Assembly (NCBI GenBank): GCA_010015585.1
Contig: ML975171.1
Source: Eremomyces bilateralis CBS 781.70
Lineage: Eukaryota
Strand: one strand, 5' to 3'
DNA: 64,000 nt
Positions 27,363 to 40,975 of the stretch are shown here, in pieces (position 1 is the stretch's first letter; each line of letters opens with the position of its first letter). Under the pieces are notes generated by a model, which saw only the letters and a list, made by a program, of their open reading frames with translations, was not told the origin of the DNA and searched no databases. The translations under genes and the position numbers were made by a program.

Positions 27363-28970
27363 TTACTGTACAGTCTGGGCAGTCCTCGCATCAAGGGCCT
27401 GCTGTTCACGAATCTGGGCCAAGAGCTCGGGATACTACACGCATGGAATCGTTAGTCATCCTCCTTAGTCATCTTGAAATTGAAAAAGCATAAAGACAAG
27501 TCCGTCCTCAAGATGAGGAAAGAACCACTCACCCATCTTTCCCCAACATCGGGATGGCTTCTCACGCGATTCGCCAGCGTGGCTTCCCCAAGGTGTCCCC
27601 ATCGCCCCTTCTGGAACGTGAACTCGACGTCATCCTTCCGTCCGCCCTGCGCCCTCCTCAATTCCTCCCTGAGCACCCGTACGTCTGTCGGGACATCCAT
27701 TTCTTCGAACCGCGCATCATAACTGACGCCTTGGAAGAAGGGCACGCTGAATCGCGGCCCCGATCCCTTCAAGGGGCTCAGCACCCGATGCGTCGTGCTC
27801 GCACAGACGCCCGCCGTCATGGCCTCGAGCCCCTGCCCGATCGCCACCACCAGCGTCCCAGGGATCGGGGTCGCGTCGATCCACTGGCCGGCCTGGTTCT
27901 GCGCCTGGAGGCCGCGCTGCCCGCTCGCCTGCAGTAAGTACGAGGTTAACATGCTGTCTTTATGCGGGCCGACGCCCTGCCGTAGGGCGACCCTCTTCGG
28001 GTCGCTGAGGTTCTCGGCGTCCGGGTCGGCGGCTTCGATGGTGCATTCGGGATACTTGACGATCTTCAACTTGTGCTGCTGGTTGGCATCGAAGTAGCGG
28101 TCGAAGGCGTCGGCGGGGAGGCCGATGGCTTCCGCGATCAGGGAGGTGAAAAAGGTGGCGATAGAGGTCATGCGGGTGATGTATTCTTCGAAGATGGGGC
28201 GGAAGGTCGGGAGATGTTGCTCGGAGGGCCATTGGTTTGGCGCGAGTAGGTTGTGGTAAAGGGGTGCTTCGGGCCCCGGGATCGGATGTGGTGTGGAGAG
28301 GTCGAGCTGTTCGCGATGATCGGGGAGACGGGCGGTGGTTTCATTGTCGACCTGGAGATTGGAGTTGGTTATCCTGGGGGTTCAATTATATATCCTTGGT
28401 TATGAATAGCGTCTGGTCTTCGAATACATTCAAAGGGGGCGATATGCATGTAGCAGGGTTGGCTTTACTTTGTAACTATTCGGGCGGAAGGTGGATGTTT
28501 GACACCGTTCCTCATATTGGGATCAACAAGTGGACTCAATATGTAATGTACTTTGTATCCTTCGTTGACAGACAGTATTCTTTGGGTGAGTCCATAGGAC
28601 TACTTCCACCCGCTTACTCACGACGGATGACTTCAAGCATATCGAATAGGACAAACCATACGCGAAAACCAAAAATTGAAACACATGTCTGAAACAACCA
28701 AGAACTTACCCTACTCCAACCCAAGAAGCTCTTCTCATTCTTCATCTCGATCTTCTCCTTCTCCTCCAGCGGCAAGGCATCCTCGTCGAAGAACCGATGC
28801 GTCTCCTCGATCACTCGATCTACCAACTCCTGCGGAAGGCCGGTTTCCGACAGGTAAAGAAATCCGACGGTGATGAGGGCGGACCTTAAATCGGCCAGGA
28901 ACGTCGGCTTGGTGGAGGGATCCCGGGCCGCGGAGAGGGGAAGAATCGGGATGCTGGTGAAGGTGGACAT
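27363..28970 (-). CDS. 2-oxoglutarate/Fe(II)-dependent oxygenase (isopenicillin N synthase/DIOX family), 3 exons
   Basis: SIPILPLS..GFLYL, PNQWP, KIVKYP, GVGPHKD (HxD), STTHRV, RFSVPFF; introns 28352-28709 and ~27435-27532. Confidence 0.9.
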
Positions 28971-29479
28971 GGTTAAGGAAAGGGCGAAATGACTGGGAGA
29001 TTCGTAGAGTATACAATGTAAAGAAAAGAAAAGAACGATTCAGGTAATTTCAATATTCTACAATGCTAGGAGGGAGGGAGAAAGCCGAAAGGGCGTGAAT
29101 AAATATATGTAGTTACCTAAGGTGGGGGGTGGGGTCAATAACTGATATTGCGCCATAGAGGAATTCGGTGGCGCTGTCATGAATCGGAGTAGGCGTTGGA
29201 GTTAGGTTCACTATCATGGAAGTATTTTAGTGGAATCAGTGCAGCTAACGAACGATTGTACTCCTGGTGTTTTATACACATAATGGACAAGAGGTAAATG
29301 CAGGTCGAATTTCCAACTTGTCTGATATCCAGGATCCATATCGAGAAACGACTAGAAGAAGAAGTACCGAAGTGCCGCATTTTCGACACTCAATGGACAA
29401 TTGTTACCAAAATCAGAGTATGGCATAGGTGGGAACTCCAGGTAACTATCAGAGAAAGACTGCATTCCCATTTTAGATC

Positions 29480-31498
29480 TCAATACTCCGGAAAGTCTTT
29501 ATCCACATGTGTCCTCCATCCTCTCAGGCCATTTTTGATATCACCAACCCATCTCCTGCCGCTCAAATCCAACCCAGCCTCCTTGAACTTCTTCACCGTC
29601 ACTTGCGAATCGTTCCCAAACCGACAAACCACGTATATAGGCTTCTCCAGTGCCGCCTTATGTATGAAATGTACCCACGGCATCACCAGCTCGTTCCTCT
29701 GCCCCTCACTGACTTTCCCATCCACTTCCATCGCATTCTGATCCGGATTCGTTGACGGCGACGATGACGACGCGACTGATTGCTCTCTTGTCGAGGGATT
29801 CGACCGCACTGGTGCGTTGATTTGCGAGAACGGGATGTTGATACTCCCCTCAATACTGCAGAGGTCGAACTGCACGCGCTCTCGCACGTCGATCAGGACG
29901 TGATCTTTCGGGAGCCCGCGATCCAACACCGACCGTGTGGTTACGAGCGTCTTGGCGTATTCTCGTGGTGAGACGCGTTCGCGTGGATTCAAGATATTGG
30001 CCGGATTGGCAATGCCGCAGAACAGTTGGTAATCTAATGAACCCGAGCTCAAAGAGGCGAGCGAGACGGACGGCTGCTCAGAGCAGCAGGCGCAGCGTGG
30101 GCGGCGCGAGCGGAGGCGGATGGAGCGGAACGGTGGGGTTCCATATGCGGAAAATAGGAGTAAAGAAGGTGTCTCGGATTGAGAGGACAGGAGATGCGAA
30201 TCGTCGCTACTCGAGCCAGCGTGGCTGCCGCCGCTGTTACTCGGGCTGTTGCTGCTGCTGTACGCCGAATCCGAGCCCTTGCCTGGCTTGGAGACCCAGA
30301 AGAGGTCCGACACGATGACTTTAATGGCTTCGAGCGCCTGAAGGACGCCCATGACGCCCACCACTGGGCCCAAGACACCGCCCTCTCCACAGGTGACCAC
30401 GGTCTCGGCGGGAGGGGGCTTGGGGAAGACGCATCGGTAGCATGGACCGCCGGAGGAGTCGCCAGGCGCTCGAGGCGGGTAATTGAGGATCAGGAGTTGG
30501 CCCTCCATGCGGAGTGCGGAGGCCGAAACAAGGGTTTTGCCTAGGAGGACGCAAAGGTCGGATATCAGATATCGGGAGGCTGGGTTGTCGGTGCAGTCTA
30601 GAACCAGATCGTAGTGGCGGAAGATGTCCGGTGCATTTTGCGGGTTTAGATGAGTTCGGTGGGAGACGTATTTGATGGTTGGGTTCAAGCTACGCGATTG
30701 TCAGTATCCAGATCATGCAGAGTCCAGGTTGATGGTATACGATTTGAGGTAGAATGTGGCGCTGTCAACCTTCGACATGCCCACCTTTTCGGTCGTATGG
30801 AGGGTTTGGCGATGAAGGTTTGATTCTTCAACAATATCTCCATCCACGAGCCCGATGGTTCCAACTCCAGCACCAGCGAGATATGCTGCTGCTGGGCATC
30901 CCAGGCCTCCGACGCCAACGATAAGAACTGAGGTGTTCTTCAATCGTAATTGACCTGTTTTTTCATTTTAGCTGCTGAAGCGCAAACGTAACGGCTGTTT
31001 TCATGGAGATTTCATCTCACCATTGAGCCCAATTTCCGGTAAAATGAGCTGTCGACCATATCGCTTGTACTCCTGTGGCATTAACGGCCATGCGTTCTTC
31101 CTGGGGCTTTCATGGCCCAACACGCCCAGAATTTCCATCTGCCACGCATCCTGCCCGCCGCCGCTCAGGTCGAACGACATCTCCGGCTTTGCTTGCGCTT
31201 CCAGAATCGCCCTCTCCTCGGCATTATTCAATTGCACCTTCAATGCATGCAACTGTCTCTCACAGAGGGAGATCTGCTCCCGCAAATTCCTGATCGTCTG
31301 ATCCATGGTGTCGGAATACGCGGAATGGAACGAAGCAGCCTCTCCTGCTTTCCTGTAGCCACTATCTACTGGTTCTTGCAGGTCAAGATGGTCAAAAACT
31401 TCAGCAATCGTGTTGGGAGCGGGTTCCAGAGGGGGAAGGGGAGTCGGCTCTCTGTCCCCAATAATGTTTTCACCTTCCTCCAGGCCGTTGAGGGCCAT
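29480..31498 (-). CDS. UBA4: Adenylyltransferase/sulfurtransferase Uba4/MOCS3 (ThiF + rhodanese), 3 exons; alternative start at 31306
   Basis: [46 protein letters not shown]; rhodanese loop [11 protein letters not shown]-terminal DFPEY. Confidence 0.93.
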
Positions 31499-32978
31499 GA
31501 TTTGGTAGCCGCCAATATATTCTCCCGGCCGTTCTCGGTAACCAAAGGCCCTCAGGAGGCTTGGAGCTACTCTGCGGGCAGACTACCTAGGCTTTTCGAC
31601 CTGTTTGGGAATCCTGTTCCACCGCCCACGCTGACCTGCTGAGTGTTGGCGACTCGACGTGTCGCTACCCCACCACTCCGGAGTGATACGCAGAAATTTT
31701 GCGCGTCTGCGTTAGCCAGTGGGGAAGGATTTGGTGCTCCAGCCTAAGGGCTATGACCTAAGTACTGCCGGTGGCGCCTGGCGGGAGTGTGGTTATTACC
31801 GGTAGTAGTATTGCGGCTTAGACTATGGACGGTGTGGATGGTGTAGACTGCGGGGCGAATCTTAAATCGTTGGGTTCTGGGTTCTGGAAAGAGATTTGAG
31901 AAGATTGAGAGATTCAGAATGCACGAGTCAAGGGTTTCTCATATCAAAGAGGCGATGAATCATGATCCGCAACGCTAAAGTCGAGGCGAGTCTCCGACTC
32001 TCCATCATCCGCGCCTCCGAGTGCGGGGGATTCGCCAATGTTACGTTCTCCTGGGACCTGGGCCCCGGAGCCCTGCAGTCCTGGCTCCTGGACCCTCTTC
32101 CTTTCATCCGGTGATATCCCCCCAAGTCCCAAGTCTCCAGCCCGGACTTTCCCTGGTTGCTGCGGCTATATCGGTGGAATGCCAGCATATTTGGAGCGAA
32201 AAGCATAGCTATCGGATATTCGGATGGTTAGGTAGTAATTACTGAGCGGAATACTCCGTAATGATCGCTCCTTCGCATCTCCGTCTAATTCCCGCGAGGT
32301 ACTACTAGATCAAAACGGACCTTGTTAGGGGAAAGTGTGTGATGGGAAACCCCTCAGTATGAGCCCAGGAAGCCGAAGACGAGAATCTTCGTTCCATTGG
32401 TGATAGATCATCGACCCGAGACCTCCGAAGTCACGCCGTTGGAGGCTTGGAGTCTTGGACTGCTCTACGGCAACGGGCTACGGCTTACACTGGACGGACG
32501 GGCTGTAGTCATAGGACATTCGCTTTATCACCTGTTCCTGGACCAGGTCTACGGCCATTTACCCGAGAATGTGAAGCCACCAGAACCTCGAGTCGACACT
32601 CTCGAACTACTGAGCGACTAGACCCTTCTACAAGTTTCAAAGGAATTGCTCTATCTGTTAGGTGCAGCAGCCGCGTCAGGGCGGAAATTAGGAAATGCAA
32701 CTATGCAAGTGCTCGCTCGCCTAAGCTAACCGGAATGCCCTAAAAAGTGTGCTGTAGCCGATTATGGTATTACCCCACCCCGCATTTGCATATTTTGGCA
32801 CATACATAGTAGTACAGTTCTAGGCCTGATCAATTGGCCAAACCATGCAATGGTGCAGCTCACAACGCCGTGAGACCCGGCCATCTGCGGCCCTGGCCGG
32901 CCGTTGTCGGCAGCTTCCCCAATTCCCATGCATCAAGAAATGGACAACCCATCGTACACCCAAAACACGATCGTCGAT

Positions 32979-35900
32979 TTACCGCTTCGTCGAAAAGATC
33001 GAGACCGCGTCTCCGTCGCCTTGCGTCCACGCTCTAGCAACCTCCTTCCCCAATGCTATCCGGAGCAATTGAACCACTTCCTTCCCGCCCATCCCTCGCT
33101 GCAGTCCCGTCCGCCAGTCCCAACCTCGCCGGACGTTCGACTCATCGTCCTTCTTCGGCCCTCGGACGAGGACGCCGCTGGCTTCGGCGCTCGGGTTCAC
33201 GGAGTCGGGTGCGCTGTCAGTCATCTCTGAGCTGCCGGCGAAGGAGAACTGGCTGGAGCCGGTGGTGAGGGCGGAGGTGGATTTGGCGAGGGAGGGGACG
33301 GATTTGGAGGCGAGAGAGCGGCGGGAGTGGGCGCGGTAGTCTTGGATGGCGGATTGCAACAGCTCCTCGTTCTGGGAAAAGATGCGGGAGGAGACGGTTT
33401 GCAGGTCTTCGGCGACGCGGAGCAGCACGAAGATCTGGGCGGTGATTAAGACGCATTGCGACTCTACGACACGGGTTCCTCGTTAGCTGCGGATGTCGGG
33501 TGCGGGAACGTGGGAAGTAGAACTTACGATTGACGAATGCCAGGGCTTCTCCCAGGAGCGTAAGTAAGCAGCCAACCTGAACGACGACGTCGATATCAGG
33601 ATCGAACAGACCGCCCCGGATAGGATCCGCCGCACTCTCGATGACCGCGATCAATGCAGCCGCAGCCTGCCGTCTCCTTTCCAAGGGCCGAAGTCGAGAT
33701 CTCCCTGAAGTCGGGTCGACGTCCTGGTCGCGTAACACGTAGAATCGCCGCAACGTCGCATAACCGCTTAAGTACTTGGACAACACTTCGGCGGCATCCG
33801 GGTCGATCCGGGCGAGCTGGGTCAGCGAGGTTTTCGGGGTATCGATGAAAGCCTTGAGCTGAGGATCTAGAGACTCGGATGGCGGATACGCTCTGGATTG
33901 CACCAGGCACCGGCTTATAAGAGTGTGGAGCACTTCCTTGATCTTGTCTGGATTTCGAGCTCGAGCGTAGTAGAGGAGTGCTTGGCCGAACTCTTCGCCA
34001 GACGCAGCAATGTTATCCGCAAAACGCTGGAATATGATTAGTCTCACTCCTAGATCTTCTTTCAACTTTACTGACCTCTGTGATCGACTTTGAGTAGTCA
34101 GGGAGCTCAAGTTTCTGGCAGAGATTGAGAAGCTTCTCCACCCGAGCAGGTGTCGTGATCGAAAGGGTCTCGAGCAATTTCGTGATTTCCATGTCCGCCT
34201 TCTCTCCATCGTTGAGCCGGCTGAGGACCTTCACTGCAATTTCCCAGCCTTCGACCACATCTTCTCGGCGTTCCAGCGTCTCCTCCTTCGAAAGGAGGTT
34301 GGCGTATTGCCGCAAATACTGATCTTTTACCGAGAAATCCGTTGTATCGTCGGCATTATCCATATCAAGCACCATCAGGTCACTCTTGTCAAATGTCTTC
34401 ATCAAATTCCCCGGTTTGTTGCGCCGCGAACTCAGCCATTGGCCGGCATCTGCCAGCTCGGCGACGGCGGAGGCAACGGTGATGGACCATCCCTTGATGA
34501 TACCCAACACCCCTTCAACGTCACCCACGAGGATAGACGCCAACCCCACCTCATTCGGGTTCAAGGTGTTCAGGGCGAGTTGTGTCTCGTTCTCCCCTTC
34601 GCGAAGGGCGCGGGTGAGCGCGGAGAACAGTCGCTTTCGGTACGCCAACGCCGGCGTCACATCTACCGTACGACTGCGGCGCTCCAGTCTGTTGACATAG
34701 TAACTCGACCCATACGTGTCTGCCTCGACATCTTCTTCGTCGCCATCCCACCAAACGGCAAGGCCGATAACAGCCTCCACCCAGTCGCATGAGGCCTTCA
34801 AGACCTCGTCTGGGACGCACATAAACATCATGAGGATGTCAATCAGGTATTCGGCAATTTCGATCGGCAGCAGCGATCCCGCGGCGCGTGAACTTCGCAA
34901 ACTATCACCGGCATCAAATTCCTCGTCACCCTCTGGCGTTTCATAGTTTCCCATTACGCGCATGTCTCGAATTGCCTGCTGAATTCTGCGTCGATAGAGC
35001 GCCCACTGCGCCCCTTTCATATCCCAATCTTCCGAGGTAACGGCAGGACACTGCTCGAGGACAGACACCGTCGCCGCCACAGCCTCATTGACGGCGACAA
35101 GCTGTGCGCCGGTATACCCTGACTCGGTAGCATAGCCGTCCTCCCCTGCGGTGTATGCGTTCCGGAAGTTGGCGCCGTTGAGTAGCTTGAGCACAGTCCT
35201 AAATTTCCCGCGTAGCAGCGATGAGAATATGACGTCCCAGAAGCTAGGGTTGGTAGAGTAGCCGGATTTCTCGGCTAGGACTTGTTCGAGTTCGGGGGCG
35301 CTTGGGTCATGGTAAGTGTTGAGCCATTCCAGCAGCAGCATTGGGATGGCAGCCTTCTTCGGCGGGAGTTTCTGTCTGAGTGAGCTTTGCGAACGGCGGA
35401 AGCTTGACGTCAACGGTTCTGGCCGAGCATAGCCGCTTGAAGGAAGGTACAGGTTAATTAGGATGCCCACTAGAAATGAGCATTTTTGGACCCAGGAATC
35501 CTCGTCGGTTGGGCCGATATGGTCTGCGGATGTGGTTCGCGTAGTCGGAATCCCGGCAGCATTCTCCCATAGCGTTTTGAGCTGATGAGCGACCAATGTG
35601 ACCTCCTCGTGTGATCCAGACGCGGACTCGGTATGAAGGAGCTTGGAGACCAGGTCTTCTGTCGAAATAATGAAGTCGCTGGGTTCATGGAGCGATGGTT
35701 CCGGCATAGACGCTGCAATGTCCTTTGCGATGCCTGTCATGTCGAGATCGCGCGGGAGTTTGCTCAGGGACATAGATTGGTTTGGATGTTCTTGTCGCGT
35801 CCGCTTTACACCCCTAGAATCAGCGACGCTGTTCTTCAATAGGTCATGCATGCCAAATGCCTTGCGGGTGCCCGGTTGTGCTAGAAGGTCGTCCATCGTC

Positions 35901-36418
35901 ATTTCTCGCTCATCCTCTTCTATCGCTTCATCACCGTCCATATCCTGCTCCTCATCCTCATAGTCATACTCATCCTCTTCGGCTCCATCGTCATATTCTG
36001 CGCCGCCTCGCCTTGATGACGCCAAATCGATTAGCGGTGGGCTGCTTTGCGGAGGAGGGTATCGGGTCGGTTGCGCCGAAGGGATGGCGGGATAATTGGT
36101 GTTGGCGCCAGAGAAGAAGGTTCGCGTCGTTTGGGGTCCTTGATTTGGAACGGAGAAGAGGGACGGAGCATCGCTAGACGGCTTGACAGCAAAGAGAGAG
36201 CCTTGGCTTGGTTTGAAGCTTGTTCCGGCTTGCGAGCTCCCGAAGACAGACGTCGGCGGAGGGCCAGCAGGAGTAAATGAGCCGGCGGTGTTGAGGTTGA
36301 AGGTAGGCGGAGGGCCGGCTGGTGTCGTTGACGGGTTGTCATTGAAACTGTCATTGAAGAGACGCGACCCCGGAGTGGACGGAGGAGGCGACGAGGACAG
36401 AGGTACTTGAAAGGACAT
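32979..36418 (-). CDS. NUP85: Nucleoporin Nup85-like protein, 3 exons
   Basis: Low-complexity S/P/T N-terminus then helical region LLEWLNTYH, FWDVIFSSLLRG, WVEAVIGLAVWWDG, EFGQALLYYARA; family recognised from recall only. Confidence 0.75.
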
Positions 36419-37537
36419 GATGTCGAGTCAAGGAGAGTCGGAGAATGGTTTGGTTACGAGAGGTTGAGTATTATGTGGTTCCTGGCGACATTCATGATGA
36501 TCCAAAGGATATGTAACCAAACACAGGGTCGTCTTTGTATGTATAGAGGATGTGATGGCAGCAGAGGCCTTCGGCGCAAATGCAGTGATGATGATATGAG
36601 TGCAGGACGTGAAGGACGTGTTGAAGTGTTGGCATTTGGCGTTTGGCAATAATAATCCACCCACCAATCAGACACTCAATTGTCTAAGGTGCTTGTCTTT
36701 CTATGGAGATAAGATTCAAGACACGACATCTTCGGCTTCAGTTCTGGGCCATTCAAGAGTCGTACATATACAGTGAGACCTGAGAAATAATATATGCTTT
36801 CCTATATGTCGATTCTCTTTAATTGCATAAAGTTCTACCGCGTCTATACCTCAACAATATACTGTTCTACTGTGCCTGTCGTTGAGAGCATATCCAAGAT
36901 CTTCCAGAGTCCCAGTGGGTTTCACTCAACATTCAAGTATGTTCAGACATCAGAATGACCAATTGTCAGTGGATCGGCTCAACCTCGAGCCTCTCCACGT
37001 GTTTATATACCTAATGACCGAAACACGGATATCCTGGTTCCTCAACGCGTGGACATGAGAACTGAGAAACGGAACGGATTCGGTGCAGGGATGAGAAGAC
37101 GGTTCATCTGATGATTGGAGGGTCCAGTCATGCCACTCCGATCAGTCATTGTTTAAGCGGTGGCTGAACGGAAGAGGGTAAGCTTTTCACGGTTCCGTGG
37201 TGAGTTGGTGACGTGGGAGTCCAGAGCCACCGCTGCCAGTATCGCCTCCTCCGCAACCACCACCTCTTCGTCAGCCTTCTACCTGTCTCTTACCGTGCTC
37301 ATCCGAGCAGAATCCGTTCATGAATTTATAACCATATCTTTATCGACAAATCCCTCCTACTTTTACTCCTAGAACTTCCAATCTTATGCTTCCTTGCTCT
37401 CGCTGCAAAGTCCGGCGCAATCCCCGAGATCCACTTCCATGCGATAGTACTCCCCGCGTTGATGGCGGAACCCCTCAGCTTACCACCTTCAAGACATTGA
37501 GTGCGCTATTCCGCGGCACAAGTGCCTAGATTACGAT

Positions 37538-39713
37538 ATGTCGAGCGACAGGTCCTCTGGGGTATGGCAGAAGACCAAATCGTCGAGTAAGGCCGGATTT
37601 GACAAGGTTTGGGGCTGGGCGGATAAGCTCGGCGCTCCTATAAACCGACTGTCTAACAAGGTCGGATCCGAAGCATTCTGGCCGACAACCTTGGACAAAG
37701 AGAGCGACAAGGCAGCTCGCATCCTCAAAAGCTTCTGCAGTATGTGGACTTCGCTCCGAATCTTCTGTTCTTACTAATGGCCGAACAGAGGATGGCTTTT
37801 ACCAAGAAGAGACTAAACCACCGGTGGACGGGCCGAAGCAGAAGCAGAAAGTGTTGAAACGGATACCTACCGAAGTTATCAAAAATGCGAAGGGCCTCGC
37901 GATATTCACGACCATGCGTACGGGGTTATGGGTATCTGGAGCAGGCGGAAGTGGTGTTCTGATCGCACGGAAACCCGACGGGGGCTGGTCGCAACCCTCT
38001 GGCATCATGCTCCACACTGCTGGACTGGGCTTCTTGATCGGAGTGGACATATACGACTGCGTGGTGGTTATCAACACTCAGGAGGCGCTGGAAGGCTTCT
38101 CAAAACTTCGAGCCACGGTCGGAGGCGAGATCAGCGCCGTGGCCGGCCCAGTAGGGATGGGCGGATTGATGGAGAGCGAGGTCCACAAACGCCGGGCTCC
38201 GGTATTTACGTACCTCAAATCCAGGGGCTTCTACGCGGGTGTCCAGATTGATGGCACCGTGGTCGTCGAGCGAACGGACGCGAATGCCGAGTATTACGGA
38301 CAGGAGAAAATCTCCGTGAAAGAAATCCTAGCTGGAAACGTCCCCGTACAGGAGGGAAGCAGACGGTTAATAGCCACATTGAAAGCTGCGCAAGGGGATA
38401 ATGACGTGGATGAGTCTCTTCTGCCGGATGAGGCTCCCCCAGGCGACTTCGAGATCGAGAATGAGGCCCACATATTCGGAGTCCCGGACCAGCAGGATCC
38501 AGACCCCTACGGTGTTCTTGCCCTCCAAAGCCAAGGCCTGGATATCCGAGAAGCCGGTTCCCGCCAACGACCCTCACTCGACCACTTCAGCTTCCGACCG
38601 AGCCCTTCCAGCCCTGTTTTCGAAGCGTTCAACCGGCAAAGTATGGACACTAGCGGGAGCCGACGAAGCAGTTGGCGGACATCGACGCTGAGTAGCATCG
38701 GCCTCCCACGCCGCATTTCGGCCATGGTCGACATGTCGACGCAGACGGATGAGGAGAGTGGGAGTAATACCTCCCCCGGGGTGGCTAGCCCATCCAGCAG
38801 CAAGGTGAATGGTACGCCGGAGAAGGTCGACACGGAGGTGGCCTCTCCGAAACGCGAGGCGAGTCCGCTGCCAACTCTGCCTGGAAGCTACCGACGATCG
38901 ACAGCTGCAGGCGCATCCCCACCCCCGTTGGAGCCTTCCCCTGCGTCCGACTCAAACTTAGAAGCTGCTCCCTCTGCCTCTTCAAAGGACACTTCCCCTG
39001 AAACGGCCGACTCTCCCGCCAACCACAAGCCCACTGATGCCTCTAAAACAGCCGAATCAGCATTAACTGAACACTCCGAACACTCTGAGCTCTCTAAGCC
39101 CGCTGAGCCCACTAAAGACGACGACGACTTCGTCATTCACGAAGTCCACCAGGCCCCTGCCGCGCAAGCCATCCGCGCCCGCCTCGTCAACGTCCCCAAG
39201 CGCCCCACCCCCCAACTCCCTCCCCGTAACCCGATCCGGGACCGAAAGCCGGTCCTCGCCCAGAACGATGTCCTTCACGCCGACCTGAACCCCAACCGGA
39301 TCAAGACACCCGCCTATGACGACTCGCCGCCCAACACTGACTCGATCCCCGACCATAACGCCTCGCCGCCCAACGCCGCCTCGATCCCCGATCGGACGAG
39401 GCCGCCCGCCCACTCGCCCCGCCACCAGAAAACGAAGGTGCCCACCCCGAACGACGAGCCGCTCACCGCCGCGTCGATCCGCTCGTCACTGTCCACGGAA
39501 GATCCGGACGACAACGATGAGGGGGAGTTCATCGACGCGCCCAGCGAGCGGTCGCTGCCGTCGTCGAGCTCGGTGGTGAGCTCGGGAGTGACGCGGGGGG
39601 GCAGCTCGGGGCGGAGTTCGGGGAGGAGCGTGGATAGTGCGTCGTCGGGGACGCCGGTGGGGTTGCATGCGTTGGAGACGGTGAAGCCGCATGGGGGGAT
39701 CGAGGAGGTGTAG
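37538..39713 (+). CDS. Ysc84/SYLF (DUF500) domain protein with long disordered tail, 2 exons
   Basis: WPTTLDKESDKAARILKSF, AKGLAIFT..GAGGSGVLIAR, YLKSRGFYAGVQIDG..ERTDAN; intron ~37740-37788. Confidence 0.88.
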
Positions 39714-40149
39714 GGAAATAGATGAGGAGGATTGGAAGGCGTGTCTCTCTCGATTGTGAGTAATGAGGTGGAACATATATTGGATGTGCGAGATCTTGTC
39801 CAAATCTGCACATACTCAAAAGTCGTGCAAAGGGGATAGAGGGATGTCGAGTTCAGGCTTTGTCCTTGGTTGCATTTCACTAGATGATATCACGAGCAAT
39901 GATTAGAGGTGTAAGTTATGAACGCGACATGTTTGGGGGAATCATGGTCATGGACCTTCTCATTTAATCATTCAAATGCCTAGTTCTAATGCATGTCTGA
40001 TCTCCGTCCCCTTGGCAGAGCATCTTGCCTGCCTAAGTATCCGCATCTTGCGTCCACGATACATCGTGGCCGTAGAAAGCGGAATGGAATCGCCATAGCG
40101 GCAACTCCGTTCGTCATCGCCCCCGTTCGTCATCGCTCGTCTAGGAATA

Positions 40150-40666
40150 CTAATTCGAGCCGAGGGCCCCTCCGTTATTCGGGTTAGTGTCACCTTGTTT
40201 GGGAGATCCCTGTATATGGTTAGCTTCAATTCACTGGCAGTTAAGCTAGAAGACATAAAACATCGTTAAAGGATGGAAGCGGAGAGATGACGTACCTTCA
40301 CTTCCTGTACTGCGCCGCTCTCTAGGATCTTCTGCACCACCTCTGTGTCATCATGTGTTCCGAACTCGTTCTCCAAGCTCGCATTTGATGCACGGTCGAA
40401 ATGGCCTTGGCTGCCTTGCCTAGATTCCATCATCGTTAGCGAGCTCTCGACACGGAAGAGGTTGGGATGGTTGGAGGGGTAGGGACCAAAGGGAGCACTC
40501 ACTTGTGCGAGACGAAGATCTGGAAGCTGTCGACTACGCTGACGAGCGGTGTCGACTTGTCCTCCTTCCACTTCTGCAAGGCTGCCACACTCTCGGCGTA
40601 GACAATGAAGTCATCCACGCGGCCCTGGTAGTGGACCTTGGTCTGATAGCCGTCTGCGCGAACCAT
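40150..40666 (-). CDS. RTC3: Rtc3 (SBDS N-terminal-like domain) protein, 3 exons
   Basis: Spliced MVRADGYQTKVHYQGRVDDFIVY..WKEDKSTPLVSVVDSFQIFVSHK-QGSQGHFDRASNASLENEFGT..KILESG; stop TAG 40150-40152. Confidence 0.85.
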
Positions 40667-40810
40667 TGTTGCGGTGGTGGGTTGCTGGGGTTTGGAGTCG
40701 GTGGAATTTGGGTAGGGAATGTCGTAGATTTGGAAGATCGTGATGAAAGAGGTTTTCTGGTGTGTGTATTTGATGAAGATATGATATGCAAGATTGGGTG
40801 GACGGGGAAT

Positions 40811-40880
40811 TTTATAGAAGATTCAATTGGAGCCCGCAAGGTGCTCTGGTGCTGGTCATCCTGGGATCGTACTACGTCAT
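40811..40880 (-). promoter_or_regulatory. Putative RTC3 promoter elements: TATAAA (40811-40816) and CRE/ATF-like ATGACGT (40874-40880)
   Basis: Motif matches 145-215 nt upstream of the ATG; function inferred only. Confidence 0.35.
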
Positions 40881-40975
40881 TGCCTCGTCCATGGCAACTG
40901 CTCTCCGCCTTTCGAGGAGCTTCTGCAAAGGTGCCTCAGGCTCCACTCCAAGATGCAAGGTTGATGCCTGACCAG

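Noticed and set aside
28352..28709. TPP riboswitch or [D1,2] stwintron in the long intron
   Set aside because: TPP aptamer consensus absent; the stwintron reading needs a GAG acceptor and would break the reading frame
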